A DNA stretch of 64,000 bases from positions 396 to 64,395 of the forward strand of contig CBINNO010000003.1 in assembly GCA_966252055.1 (NCBI GenBank). Reading direction: 5' to 3'. Below, piece after piece: positions 56,401 to 64,000 of the stretch. Origin of the DNA: an uncultured Rheinheimera sp. GTDB lineage: Bacteria; Pseudomonadota; Gammaproteobacteria; Enterobacterales; Alteromonadaceae. Every line of letters begins with the position of its first letter. Positions within the stretch are counted from its first letter, which is position 1. The notes below the pieces were generated by a model. That model had not been told where the DNA came from, did not search any database, and saw only the letters and a list, made by a program, of their open reading frames with translations. Both the position numbers and the translations under genes were made by a program.

Positions 56401-59400
56401 ACAGCGCCGGATGTGCCGGGCCGAGCAATAAATCAGACCACAGGCCGGCTTGTTGCAGCGCAATCAGCAAACGGCCGCCAGGCTGGATAGCCGCGGCAGC
56501 TTGTTGTAAAGCAGTGGTTGCACTGGCTTCGTCGGCATAATGCGGCCAGAACCAGATCAGATCGGCGCGCTGCACTGCAGTCGTTGCGGCGACACCGGTC
56601 GTACCCGCTGCCAGTCGCAGCTTCGGATAGAGGCTGGCCAGTTGCTGCGCATCGGCCGAAGGTTCGGCGCTGTCAAATGCCAGCTGCAAGTTGTCGCGAA
56701 GGTGTGGCAATAACGCTGCACACAGCAAAGGCTCTGCCGGGCTGAATTCCAGCAGGTGCACCGGGCGGGGCGCAGTTTCTGCCCATTGCAGCAGCAATGA
56801 ACAAAGCGCCGGCAGCAGGCTGCTAAGCCGGTTTTGCTGCAGTTCACTGACGGCGTCAGCACCTGGTAAGGGTAAAGGCTGTGCATGGAGCAAGGCTGGC
56901 CAGCGGCTCAGCAACTGACCGGTCTGCAACAGCAGGGCGCTGTAGTCCGGATAGCTGGTCAGCAGTGCCCGCCACAGCTCGGCAGCGCTCAGGCCATCGT
57001 CAGCCGGCGTAGCAAAATCTGCCACTTCCAGCGCGGTGTGGGCCAGCAGCTGTGCCAGCCAGTCAAAGCCAGCGCTTTGTTTTAACTGTAAAACCGCGCA
57101 GTGATCTGCCCAATCCTGCTGCAGCGGTTGCAACTGCTCCTGCAGACTGCGCCGGATCACTTCGTTCAACAGCGGGTCGAGTTCCTGACACAACTGCTGG
57201 CGGCTCTGGCTGAGCAGGCTCAGCGCCGGCACGGGTATTGCGGTGGCTGTGGTCAGCGCCGCCGGCCGGATCTTTTGTTGCCACAGGGCAGGGGCCTGCC
57301 GGGCTGTTTTCAGCCGGGTGCGTTTAAATCTGGCCTGACTGAGCCGGGCGATTAAGGCGCCTTTGGCATCATACAGGCAGAAGTCGGCCAGGATGGAAAA
57401 CGGCGAATGGCGGTGCAGCTGCAGTTGGCCCAAAGCGGCGACACTGCGACGCTGGTGCAGTTCCAACCGGCCGATACTGACCGGGATATAAGTAAATTCG
57501 CTGGAAGTCTGCGGATACAGCGCCTGAATAATCAGCTGGAAGCAGCTGTCCAGCACGCCCGGATGCAGCAGGTACTGCGGATGGTCACAGGCGCTGCCGT
57601 CCACTTGTGCCAGCTCTGCCAGCACAGTGCGGCCGTCGCGCCAGCCACGGGCCACCTGCCGGAACAGTGGGCCGTATTGTAAGTCGAGGGCTGTGGTGGC
57701 CAGGTCCTGCTCGCTGCGGGTGAAGTCGGCCGGCCGGCTGGGCAGCACAGGCGCCTGGCTGACCGGGCTCGCCAGATCGGGCTGTAATAACAGGCGCGCC
57801 CTGGCATGCGGCTGCCAGCTGCTGCTGTTGAGCGGTCTGGAGCTGAATACCACAGCGCCGTCACTGGCGGTCACACGGCTACGCAGCAGCCGGCTCTGGC
57901 CGCTTTCAAACAGCAGCGGACTGTGGATCTCCAGATCTTCGGCCACCAGCGGCCCTTGCGGGCACAACACATCGGCACAGGCCAGTGCCAGCTCAGCGAA
58001 GCCACTGCCCGGCAATACCACTGCCTGACCCACCTGATGTTCGTTCAGCCAGGGCAGTAAGGCGGTGTCGAGTTTTTGCTGCCAGCAGTGTTCCTGCTGT
58101 GGCAACGGGTAACCAAGCAACGGATGCACCGCACGACGTTGCAGGCTGCCATTGGACTCGGCACTGGGTTCCAGCCAGCAACGCTGGCGCTGCCATTGAT
58201 AAGCCGGCAGGTCATAATGCGTGGCGGCAACCAAGGGGAAATACTGTTGCCAGTGGACCTGAGCGCCGCTCAGGATCAACTGATCCCGCAGTTTGTTGAC
58301 GTCGGCAATGCTGGCCTGCTGGCGTTTGACCGAGCCGAACACCGCGCCGCTTTGACCGTGCAGCGCGTCCTGCAGATAGGTTCTGAGCACCGGATGGCCG
58401 CCCAGTTCAGCAAAAAGATGATAACCATCGCGGACCAGTGCGCTGACGGCCCCATGGAACTGCACCGGTTCGCGGATATTCAGCCACCAGTAGTGGGCAT
58501 CCAGTGCTGTGCCGCTGGTTTTGCGACCATAAACGGTGGAATAAAAATCGATGTCGCCGGCTTGTGGCGTTAAACCGGCCAGCACTTGTTGCAGCTCGGG
58601 TGCTATCGGGTCCATCGCCGGGCTGTGGAAGGCATAATCCAGCGCCAGCCGGCGACAAAACAGCCGCTGCTCCTGCAGATGCTGTTCGATGATGGTCAAC
58701 GCTGACGGGGCGCCGGCCAGCGTGACCCCTTTGGCGCTGTTCACGCCGGCGATCACCAACTGGTCACTCAGCTGCAGTTCCTGCAGCAATGCGCCGGCCT
58801 GCTCTGCGCTGATCGCAGCTGCGCTCATCTGGCCTTGTCCGCGGGTCAGGCCCTGCAGCCGGCTGCGATGATAAATAACCTGGCAGGCTTGTTCCAGACT
58901 GAGAATGCCGGCCGCCCAGGCCGCGGCGACTTCACCGACGCTGTGGCCAACCACAGCTTTGGCTTGAAGGCCGGCCGCCCGCAACATGGTCGTGATGCCC
59001 AGCTGCAGTGCAAAGAGCGCAGGCTGGGCGTATTCCGTGGCGTCGATCCGCTCAGCGGCAAGTGCGCCGGCGAGTTCATCGCGCAGCCGGTAACCGGCCA
59101 GTGGCAGGAAAATCTGGTCTATCTGCGCAATGCAGCCGGCAAATACCGGGTCCTGCAGCAGCGCCGTGCCCATCGCCGGCCACTGGCAACCGTTGCCGGA
59201 ATAGACCCAGACCAGCGGCCCCTGATCTTTGGCACTTTGCACTGTGATGGCCGGGTGCTGGCCATCGCGCAGATAATGCTGCAGCGCGGCTGCGGCCTGC
59301 GTGGGCCCCTCGGCCCACAGCAACAGTCGCTCGGCAAACCAGTCGCGCCGGAACAGCGACTGATAACAATTGCCGTACCAGTCTGCGTCGTCAAGAGTGC

Positions 59401-60799
59401 TCAGATGCTGTTGCCAGACCTGCGCATTGGCACTGAGTGCTTCGCTTTGGACTGCGCTGATCAGTAGCGGCAGCGGCGCTTGCGGGCCCGTTGCCTTGCG
59501 GTTTTGCGGCGCGGCAACGGCCGGCGCGCTTTGCAAAATGACATGAGCATTCGAACCGCCAAAGCCAAACGAATTGACGCCGATAGTCAGCTGGCCCTGC
59601 GCTTTGAGTGGCAGATGCTGTTGCACCACCTGCAGATTGCCGCCGGCAAAGTCGATCGCCGGGTTCAGTTGGCGAATGCCAATGGTCGCCGGCACCAAGC
59701 GGTGCTGCAGGCTGTAAATCGCTTTGACCAGCCCGGCCACGCCGGATGCTGTTTCCAGATGCCCCAGATTACTTTTCACCGAGCCGATTGGCAGTGGCTG
59801 ATCGGCCGGTCTTTTACTGCCGATGGCTCTGCCAAGCGAGCGGGTTTCAATCGGATCACCGACCGCAGTGCCGGTGCCGTGCGCTTCGATATAGTCAATG
59901 TCGCATGGGTCAATACCAGCATCGCGGTAGATTTGCTCCAGCAATGCTTGCTGTGCTTTGCAGCTGGGGACCGTCAGGCCGGATTTGCGCCCGTCGGTGT
60001 TGACGGCAGACGCAGCGACCACCGCCAGGATCTGGTCGCCATCAGCGACCGCCTGGGCATAGTCTTTGAGCAGAAACAGACCACCGCCTTCTGAGCGGAC
60101 ATAGCCATCGCCACTGGCGTCAAACACCTGGCAACGACCGGTCGGCGACAACATGCTGGCTTTGGAAAAGACAATAAAACCATAAGGGTGCAAATGCAGG
60201 CTGACGCCACCACACAGCGCCATCTTGCTCTCACCTGACTGCACAGACCGCACGGCCTGATGAAATGCGACCAGCGACGAAGAGCAGGCGGTGTCGATGG
60301 CCATGCTGGGGCCACGCAGGTCAAATACATAAGACAGCCGGTTGGCGGCGATACTGGCGGTGTTGCCGGTTGCCACCGCCGAGTCAATCAGGCCAAGATC
60401 GTCGTTCAGACGGTAGGCATAGTCGGCGCTGGCAATGCCAATATAAACGCCGGTGTCAGAGCCACGCAGCTGTGCCATGGTGTAGCCGCTGTGGCAGATG
60501 GTTTCGTAGGCAAGTTCCAGCAACAACCGTTGCTGAGGGTCCATCTGTGCCGCTTCGCGCGGCGAAATACCAAAAAAAGCCGGGTCAAACTGGCTGACAT
60601 CGCCGACAGTGCCGGCGGCAAAAGTGTATGCGGTACCGGGATGCTTTTTATCCGGATGCAGGTAGGCACTGTGCGACCAGCGATCGGCCGGGACCTGACT
60701 GACCATATCCCGACCTGCCAGTAAATCGTCCCAATAATGCTGGGCATCCGTTGAGGGAAAACGGAACGACTGGCCAATAATCGCCACGGGTTTAGTCAT
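53468..60799 (-). CDS. Single-module reducing type I PKS, KS-AT-DH-(pseudo-MT)-ER-KR-ACP (RkpA/WcbR-like), about 2443 aa
   Basis: Start moved to ATG 60799 (MTKPVAIIG). KS DTACSSS/HGTGT/GHLE; AT GHSVG, YAFHS; DH HQVGQAVVLP; ER LIHGAAGGVG; KR GGMAGFG, GQGAYVAAN; ACP GLDSL. No thioesterase. Confidence 0.95.
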   Translation of the reverse strand: MTKPVAIIGQSFRFPSTDAQHYWDDLLAGRDMVSQVPADRWSHSAYLHPDKKHPGTAYTFAAGTVGDVSQFDPAFFGISPREAAQMDPQQRLLLELAYETICHSGYTMAQLRGSDTGVYIGIASADYAYRLNDDLGLIDSAVATGNTASIAANRLSYVFDLRGPSMAIDTACSSSLVAFHQAVRSVQSGESKMALCGGVSLHLHPYGFIVFSKASMLSPTGRCQVFDASGDGYVRSEGGGLFLLKDYAQAVADGDQILAVVAASAVNTDGRKSGLTVPSCKAQQALLEQIYRDAGIDPCDIDYIEAHGTGTAVGDPIETRSLGRAIGSKRPADQPLPIGSVKSNLGHLETASGVAGLVKAIYSLQHRLVPATIGIRQLNPAIDFAGGNLQVVQQHLPLKAQGQLTIGVNSFGFGGSNAHVILQSAPAVAAPQNRKATGPQAPLPLLISAVQSEALSANAQVWQQHLSTLDDADWYGNCYQSLFRRDWFAERLLLWAEGPTQAAAALQHYLRDGQHPAITVQSAKDQGPLVWVYSGNGCQWPAMGTALLQDPVFAGCIAQIDQIFLPLAGYRLRDELAGALAAERIDATEYAQPALFALQLGITTMLRAAGLQAKAVVGHSVGEVAAAWAAGILSLEQACQVIYHRSRLQGLTRGQGQMSAAAISAEQAGALLQELQLSDQLVIAGVNSAKGVTLAGAPSALTIIEQHLQEQRLFCRRLALDYAFHSPAMDPIAPELQQVLAGLTPQAGDIDFYSTVYGRKTSGTALDAHYWWLNIREPVQFHGAVSALVRDGYHLFAELGGHPVLRTYLQDALHGQSGAVFGSVKRQQASIADVNKLRDQLILSGAQVHWQQYFPLVAATHYDLPAYQWQRQRCWLEPSAESNGSLQRRAVHPLLGYPLPQQEHCWQQKLDTALLPWLNEHQVGQAVVLPGSGFAELALACADVLCPQGPLVAEDLEIHSPLLFESGQSRLLRSRVTASDGAVVFSSRPLNSSSWQPHARARLLLQPDLASPVSQAPVLPSRPADFTRSEQDLATTALDLQYGPLFRQVARGWRDGRTVLAELAQVDGSACDHPQYLLHPGVLDSCFQLIIQALYPQTSSEFTYIPVSIGRLELHQRRSVAALGQLQLHRHSPFSILADFCLYDAKGALIARLSQARFKRTRLKTARQAPALWQQKIRPAALTTATAIPVPALSLLSQSRQQLCQELDPLLNEVIRRSLQEQLQPLQQDWADHCAVLQLKQSAGFDWLAQLLAHTALEVADFATPADDGLSAAELWRALLTSYPDYSALLLQTGQLLSRWPALLHAQPLPLPGADAVSELQQNRLSSLLPALCSLLLQWAETAPRPVHLLEFSPAEPLLCAALLPHLRDNLQLAFDSAEPSADAQQLASLYPKLRLAAGTTGVAATTAVQRADLIWFWPHYADEASATTALQQAAAAIQPGGRLLIALQQAGLWSDLLLGPAHPALSLLYPAFWQQQLAGWHTELQTLPEAGLQILVATAPAPAQLAAVARPVVLLDGARALAQVPEHSALLQVVAQASVAQLRELQPATWPAGTQLLWQPLPAAGPALQQTTAACEALLQLHQWASQHAASCPLWLLLPGASLVSQPVPYPASVALWGLGRTLRNEHPAPVWLLDYCSSACSSANASSAADAASAALLSLLAQEWQAGSPASEVHYNSAGQRHTPQIEPVALPPAAGDYQLDISQPGQLKHLHWRESAAQQPGPGQLQVEVRATGLNFRDVMYALGLLSDEALEQGFAGPTLGLEFAGVIRTVGAGVSGFAPGDRVLGFGPASFASSVVTSASAVALLPAQLSFAAAATIPSTFFTAYYALHQLAQLEAGETVLIHGAAGGVGIAAIQIARWKGARIIATAGAAGKHAFLHQLGVTDVLDSRSLKFADEVLALTGGEGVDVVLNSLAGEAVNRNLKILKPFGRFLELGKRDFYENSKIGLRPFRNNISYFGIDADQMMACRPALTARLFGEMMQLFADDTLWPLPYQRFDASQIEAAFRQMQQARHIGKIVVEYPPRLPVQYQPKPLQLQPDRCYVVSGGMAGFGLASAKALVAMGARHLLLLSRRGAQSPDADAILAEFAAAGVQVLCPACDVSDETQLASALATARQTLAPIAGVIHAAAVIEDSLLQNLSPDTLHKVLAAKLQGGWLLDAQTRTDALDFFVLYSSATTLFGNPGQGAYVAANYGLEVLAQQRRATGLPATAMLWGAIDDAGFLARHSEIKAALQSRMGGQAISTAQAMQALTQALHGDLAEVAVLDMDFAALRKFLPAAADQRFGWLASQQGPQEADGDQQDMRALLAGMSVADGEAYLLATLRQVVAGILRANPDKLSPTAPLQDLGLDSLMGVELVVAIEQKLGVRLPVLTISEQPTLTSLSAKLLALITEQHGAEDALSAQIKQMAGAHGEQINAAEVGEMQQQLAQQPQRRLISD

Positions 60800-60933
60800 A
60801 CTTCTGATTCCATATCCATTGAAACTACGTGCAAATTCAGTGAACAGCAGCGTTACAGCAAGAAACTGACACAGCCCTGAACAGACAGGCGTATCGACAT
60901 AAAACGGACATTTTAACAAAGAAGCGATCAGTG

Positions 60934-60959
60934 AACAAACCTGCGTCCGGTGACGCAGG
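60934..60959 (-). terminator. Probable Rho-independent terminator of the ABC/amidohydrolase operon
   Basis: Minus strand CCTGCGTC-ACCG-GACGCAGG followed by TTTGTT. Confidence 0.65.
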
Positions 60960-61080
60960 CTGGCTCTGGCTAACTGATTGTTTTGGCTGGATCCACAACA
61001 GCCTGTGATGGCGGGATGGTGGCCCGACGTTCCGCCTGTCGGTTGTGCTGTCGGGCATCAGGCGTCGGACGTTGGACGTT

Positions 61081-62886
61081 TCAGCGACCGCCTGACAGGA
61101 ATGCCAGTTGGCGGACGGCAAAACCAAAAGATTCCGCGCCGGCAGCCGGCTGGGCGGCGCTCCACAGCAACAGGGTGATGCGCTCTGGCTGGACGCCCGT
61201 GAGCTCGCCAAGCCGGATGTCGTGTGATTGCCACTGTGCGCTGATGGGCAAGCTGACGGTGACAGGTCTGTTGCTGCCTTCACTGAAAATCATCAGCCGC
61301 ACGCCACTTTGCTGGCTGCCCGCAGTCGATTTAAGTTCAAACTGCAGGCGATCACTGGCGCTGAAATCCAGACCTTTGCTGAAGTCCGCCGCGGCCTGCC
61401 AGCTAAAACCAGCCCAGGGATAGTCGCTCTCTGGGCTGATCCGGCCGCTGACGCTGAATACCCCTTCAGCAACCTCCAGCCGGGCTGTGGACTGGCCGCC
61501 AAATAACTGATCGGTGCTGACGCTGAAACTGTCGCCCTGACTGGCCGGCAGTTTTTGCTGCGGATTGTTGCTGTGTCCATCGCTGCGCGCGGTCAGCAGC
61601 CCGGCTTTGACGGCGGCACGGCTGTCCTCTGTCAGGCTGAGGGGCACGGCAAAACCATTTTTAAACACCTGGCGTGCTTTGAGTAAATCTATCGGGTCGT
61701 CAAGTTGGGGCAGCAGCACAAAATCGGCGCGATAGCCGACGGCGATGCGTCCCCGATCCGACAGGCCAAAGGCTTGTGCCGGCAGCGCTGTGGCGCTTTG
61801 TAACGCCTGTTCAGCAGTGAGGCCTGCTTCCTGCAGCAACATCAGCTCCTGCACCATGCTAAGGCCATGCGAGGTGCCGCTGTTCGGCGCGTCGGTGCCG
61901 GCCAGAATGCGGATGCCGGCCTGTTGCATGCGACGGGTGTTGTCCAAAAGATTACGAAACAGCGCCGCCGGGATTTGCGGCTGTTTAGCGCCTGCCAAGG
62001 CCGCTTTGGCCGTGGCCGGCAATGACAAATCGGGCTTTGCCAGTAAAGCCGGCCCGGACGTGCCGCGCACAGCCGCTTCCAACACGGTCAGCGTTGGGAT
62101 CACAAACACCTGACGGCTTGCCAGTGTGGCCAGCAGCCGCTCGCTGATCGGCGAATCAAAAAAACTGTGTACCAGGCCATCGGCGCCGGCATCGGCCGCT
62201 TCTTCGGCAGACACTTGTTCGGCAATATGCACCACGGCTTTGAGCTGCTGCTGATGCGCCGCTGCGATCAAGGCCTGCAGCGTCGCTAGGCTGATCGAGG
62301 GCATCCGGCGATAGATCGCACGTTCAGACTGATAGACAATCTTAATAAAATCAGAACCTTCGGCTTTGCGGGCCGCGACAAAAGCCGCGGCTTCTGCGGC
62401 TGAGCTGATGGTCGGAATATTCAGACCATATTCGGTACCATGGCCTCTGGGCGCCGTGGCCAGGATGCCGGCATTCCAGCTGTCCGCCTGCAAGGTCTGC
62501 GCAGTACCGGCGCGCTGCTGTCGACGGCTCGTCAGCTCAGCGGCCGGGCTGAACATATCGATGGCGCTGGTGACGCCAAAGCTGAGCTGCTGCGCACGGG
62601 CGTTGTCCCAGCTGTGGACATGGGCATCAATCAGCCCGGGCAACAGCAGCTGCTGGCCGCCGTCAACGCGCGGCAGTTCGCTTGTTGGTGGTGCGTCGTC
62701 AATGGCGGCAATCAGGCCCGCTTTGACCGTCAGATAATGCATACCCGGCAAATAACGCTCGCCATCAAAGATCCGTACCGGACCGAGCACAAAATTTTGC
62801 CCCACCGGCACAGGGGGGGTCGGCAATGCCCGGAAGAACAGCACCAGCAAGGCGGTGATTGCAGCGAAAAGCAGCCATTTTTTCAT
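61081..62886 (-). CDS. Exported metal-dependent amidohydrolase with C-terminal CIA30-like carbohydrate-binding domain (601 aa)
   Basis: Start moved to ATG 62886 (MKKWLLFAAITALLVLF). LPGLIDAHVH, FIKIV, VVHI, LVHS, AGTDA, GYRADFVLL; C-terminal STDQLFGGQSTA...WAG...DFSASDRLQF. Confidence 0.85.
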   Translation of the reverse strand: MKKWLLFAAITALLVLFFRALPTPPVPVGQNFVLGPVRIFDGERYLPGMHYLTVKAGLIAAIDDAPPTSELPRVDGGQQLLLPGLIDAHVHSWDNARAQQLSFGVTSAIDMFSPAAELTSRRQQRAGTAQTLQADSWNAGILATAPRGHGTEYGLNIPTISSAAEAAAFVAARKAEGSDFIKIVYQSERAIYRRMPSISLATLQALIAAAHQQQLKAVVHIAEQVSAEEAADAGADGLVHSFFDSPISERLLATLASRQVFVIPTLTVLEAAVRGTSGPALLAKPDLSLPATAKAALAGAKQPQIPAALFRNLLDNTRRMQQAGIRILAGTDAPNSGTSHGLSMVQELMLLQEAGLTAEQALQSATALPAQAFGLSDRGRIAVGYRADFVLLPQLDDPIDLLKARQVFKNGFAVPLSLTEDSRAAVKAGLLTARSDGHSNNPQQKLPASQGDSFSVSTDQLFGGQSTARLEVAEGVFSVSGRISPESDYPWAGFSWQAAADFSKGLDFSASDRLQFELKSTAGSQQSGVRLMIFSEGSNRPVTVSLPISAQWQSHDIRLGELTGVQPERITLLLWSAAQPAAGAESFGFAVRQLAFLSGGR

Positions 62887-62897
62887 CACAGGACTCC

Positions 62898-63698
62898 TTA
62901 TTGCCGTTGCCGGCTTTGGCCGTAAAAACAGCGGCGGGCCAGGACGGCAAACAGCAGGCTGTACGCCAGCAGAACCGCGACACTGAGCCAGGCCGGTACC
63001 AGCATTTCGCCCGGCAGTTGCTGCTCCACCACCAGCCGGCCCAGATTGGCCAGATGAAAACTCGGCAGCAGCAGCGCAAACTGTTGCAACAGGCCGGGTA
63101 ACATGCTGATGGGCAGCCACAGACCGCCTAAAAAGGCCAGCGGCAGATAAATCAGGTTGATAGTGGCCGGCGCTGATTTGGCCGACAGCGTGAGCCCGAG
63201 CCACAAGCCGAGCAGACAAAAAGGCACAGTGCCGAGCAAAAGCACAGCAAAAAGCCCAAGCCACTGACCGCGCGGCAACACCACACCGGCCGCCAGCGCC
63301 GCACAGCCAAATAACAGCAGTAAAATCAGCGCCGCCAGCATCAGGCAGGACATGGTTTTGCCAAACAGCCAGCTGCCGACCGGCGCCGGCGAGACAAATT
63401 TTTGCATCAGCCAGCCTTGCGCTTTTTCGCTGGCGATATTGGCGCCGAAATTAAACAGCGCCGGTCCCATCACGCCAAAAGCGCCATAAGACACCAGCAG
63501 ATAAGCGGCCTGGCCCTGGCCGTGCTGGTTCAGCATCACGCCAAACAGGCTGTAAAACACCAGCGGAAACAACAGACAAGGCAGAATAAAACCCGGTGTA
63601 CGCCATAAAGTGATTAAATCGAGCCGGGCTTCGAGCTGATAGAGCGCCAGCGTGCGCGACAGCGACAGCCAGCGGCCAGGGGTAGGGCCAGCATTCAT
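62898..63698 (-). CDS. ABC-2 type exporter permease (266 aa)
   Basis: Six TM segments, LAFLGGLWLP, LLPSFHL; ATGA overlap with the upstream ATPase. Confidence 0.85.
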   Translation of the reverse strand: MNAGPTPGRWLSLSRTLALYQLEARLDLITLWRTPGFILPCLLFPLVFYSLFGVMLNQHGQGQAAYLLVSYGAFGVMGPALFNFGANIASEKAQGWLMQKFVSPAPVGSWLFGKTMSCLMLAALILLLLFGCAALAAGVVLPRGQWLGLFAVLLLGTVPFCLLGLWLGLTLSAKSAPATINLIYLPLAFLGGLWLPISMLPGLLQQFALLLPSFHLANLGRLVVEQQLPGEMLVPAWLSVAVLLAYSLLFAVLARRCFYGQSRQRQ

Positions 63699-64000
63699 AC
63701 GGTGATCTCCTGCGTTGGGTGGGTCAGTTCCAAAAAGGCCTGTTCCAGGCTGGCGGCTGTGACGGTCAGCCCGCTCAGTTGTGGGTCCAGCGTCAGCAAG
63801 CGGCGCAGACAGTTTTCCACATCCAGACAATCCAGTTGCCATTGCTGCGGCGCGAGCGGACTGACGCGCACCACGCCGGGCAGTTGTTGCAGCACTGTGC
63901 TTTCCAGTGCGCTGTGGCAGCGGATCTGGCGTTCCGGCTGGCTTTCTTTTAGCGCTGCCGGACTGGTGTCGGCGATAAAACGGCCGTCTTTGAGCAATAA
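63695..64000 (-). CDS. ABC exporter ATP-binding protein, 3' part (5' end beyond right edge)
   Basis: LLLKDGRFIADTSPAALK...ASLEQAFLELT, typical C-terminus of ABC-2 ATPases; frame open to the window end. Confidence 0.8.
   Translation of the reverse strand, partial: LLLKDGRFIADTSPAALKESQPERQIRCHSALESTVLQQLPGVVRVSPLAPQQWQLDCLDVENCLRRLLTLDPQLSGLTVTAASLEQAFLELTHPTQEITV

Noticed and set aside
1-64000. Prophage, IS, integron, tRNA, rRNA or CRISPR features
   Set aside because: No integrase, transposase, structural phage genes, RNA-gene signatures or spaced repeat arrays were recognised.

Overview
Gammaproteobacterial-looking DNA. An aquatic Rheinheimera/Alishewanella-like host is my guess from gene content and is not demonstrated. 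There are three blocks. (1) 1-27.5 kb is an accessory island of large Sec-exported proteins: two paralogous internalin-like LRR proteins, a class-3 lipase with three SLH domains, an M12B/reprolysin protease-LRR-HYR fusion, a PPC/Ca-binding super-repeat adhesin, a beta-helix protein, and two paralogous small proteins ending in LWDQFNWDQxxW. These sit around a Bacteroidetes-type hybrid two-component sensor with an AraC output domain. Two signals here are not explained by the gene calls. One is a conserved 21-bp direct-repeat operator followed by a -10 box at near-fixed spacing, upstream of three transcription units (probable regulon of the hybrid sensor). The other is a shared short basic-hydrophobic-Q(P) peptide tag at or near the C-terminus of four big proteins and internal in the two small W-motif proteins (candidate undescribed sorting/assembly signal). 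(2) 27.6-60.8 kb is an ABC-transporter-dependent capsule locus (kpsC/D/M/T/E/S homologues, GT2/GT4 enzymes, a GT29-like enzyme, a PL14-like lyase, SGNH/AlgX-like proteins). It includes an rkp-1/wcb-type lipid module: type I PKS, PLP alpha-oxoamine synthase, SDR and LtaS-like protein. (3) 61-64 kb is an ABC-2 exporter plus amidohydrolase-CIA30 operon, cut by the window edge. I found no rRNA, tRNA, CRISPR array, integrase or transposase. Many ORF-track starts are upstream over-extensions and were corrected using RBS and signal-peptide evidence. All domain calls come from visual motif recognition, not database searches.
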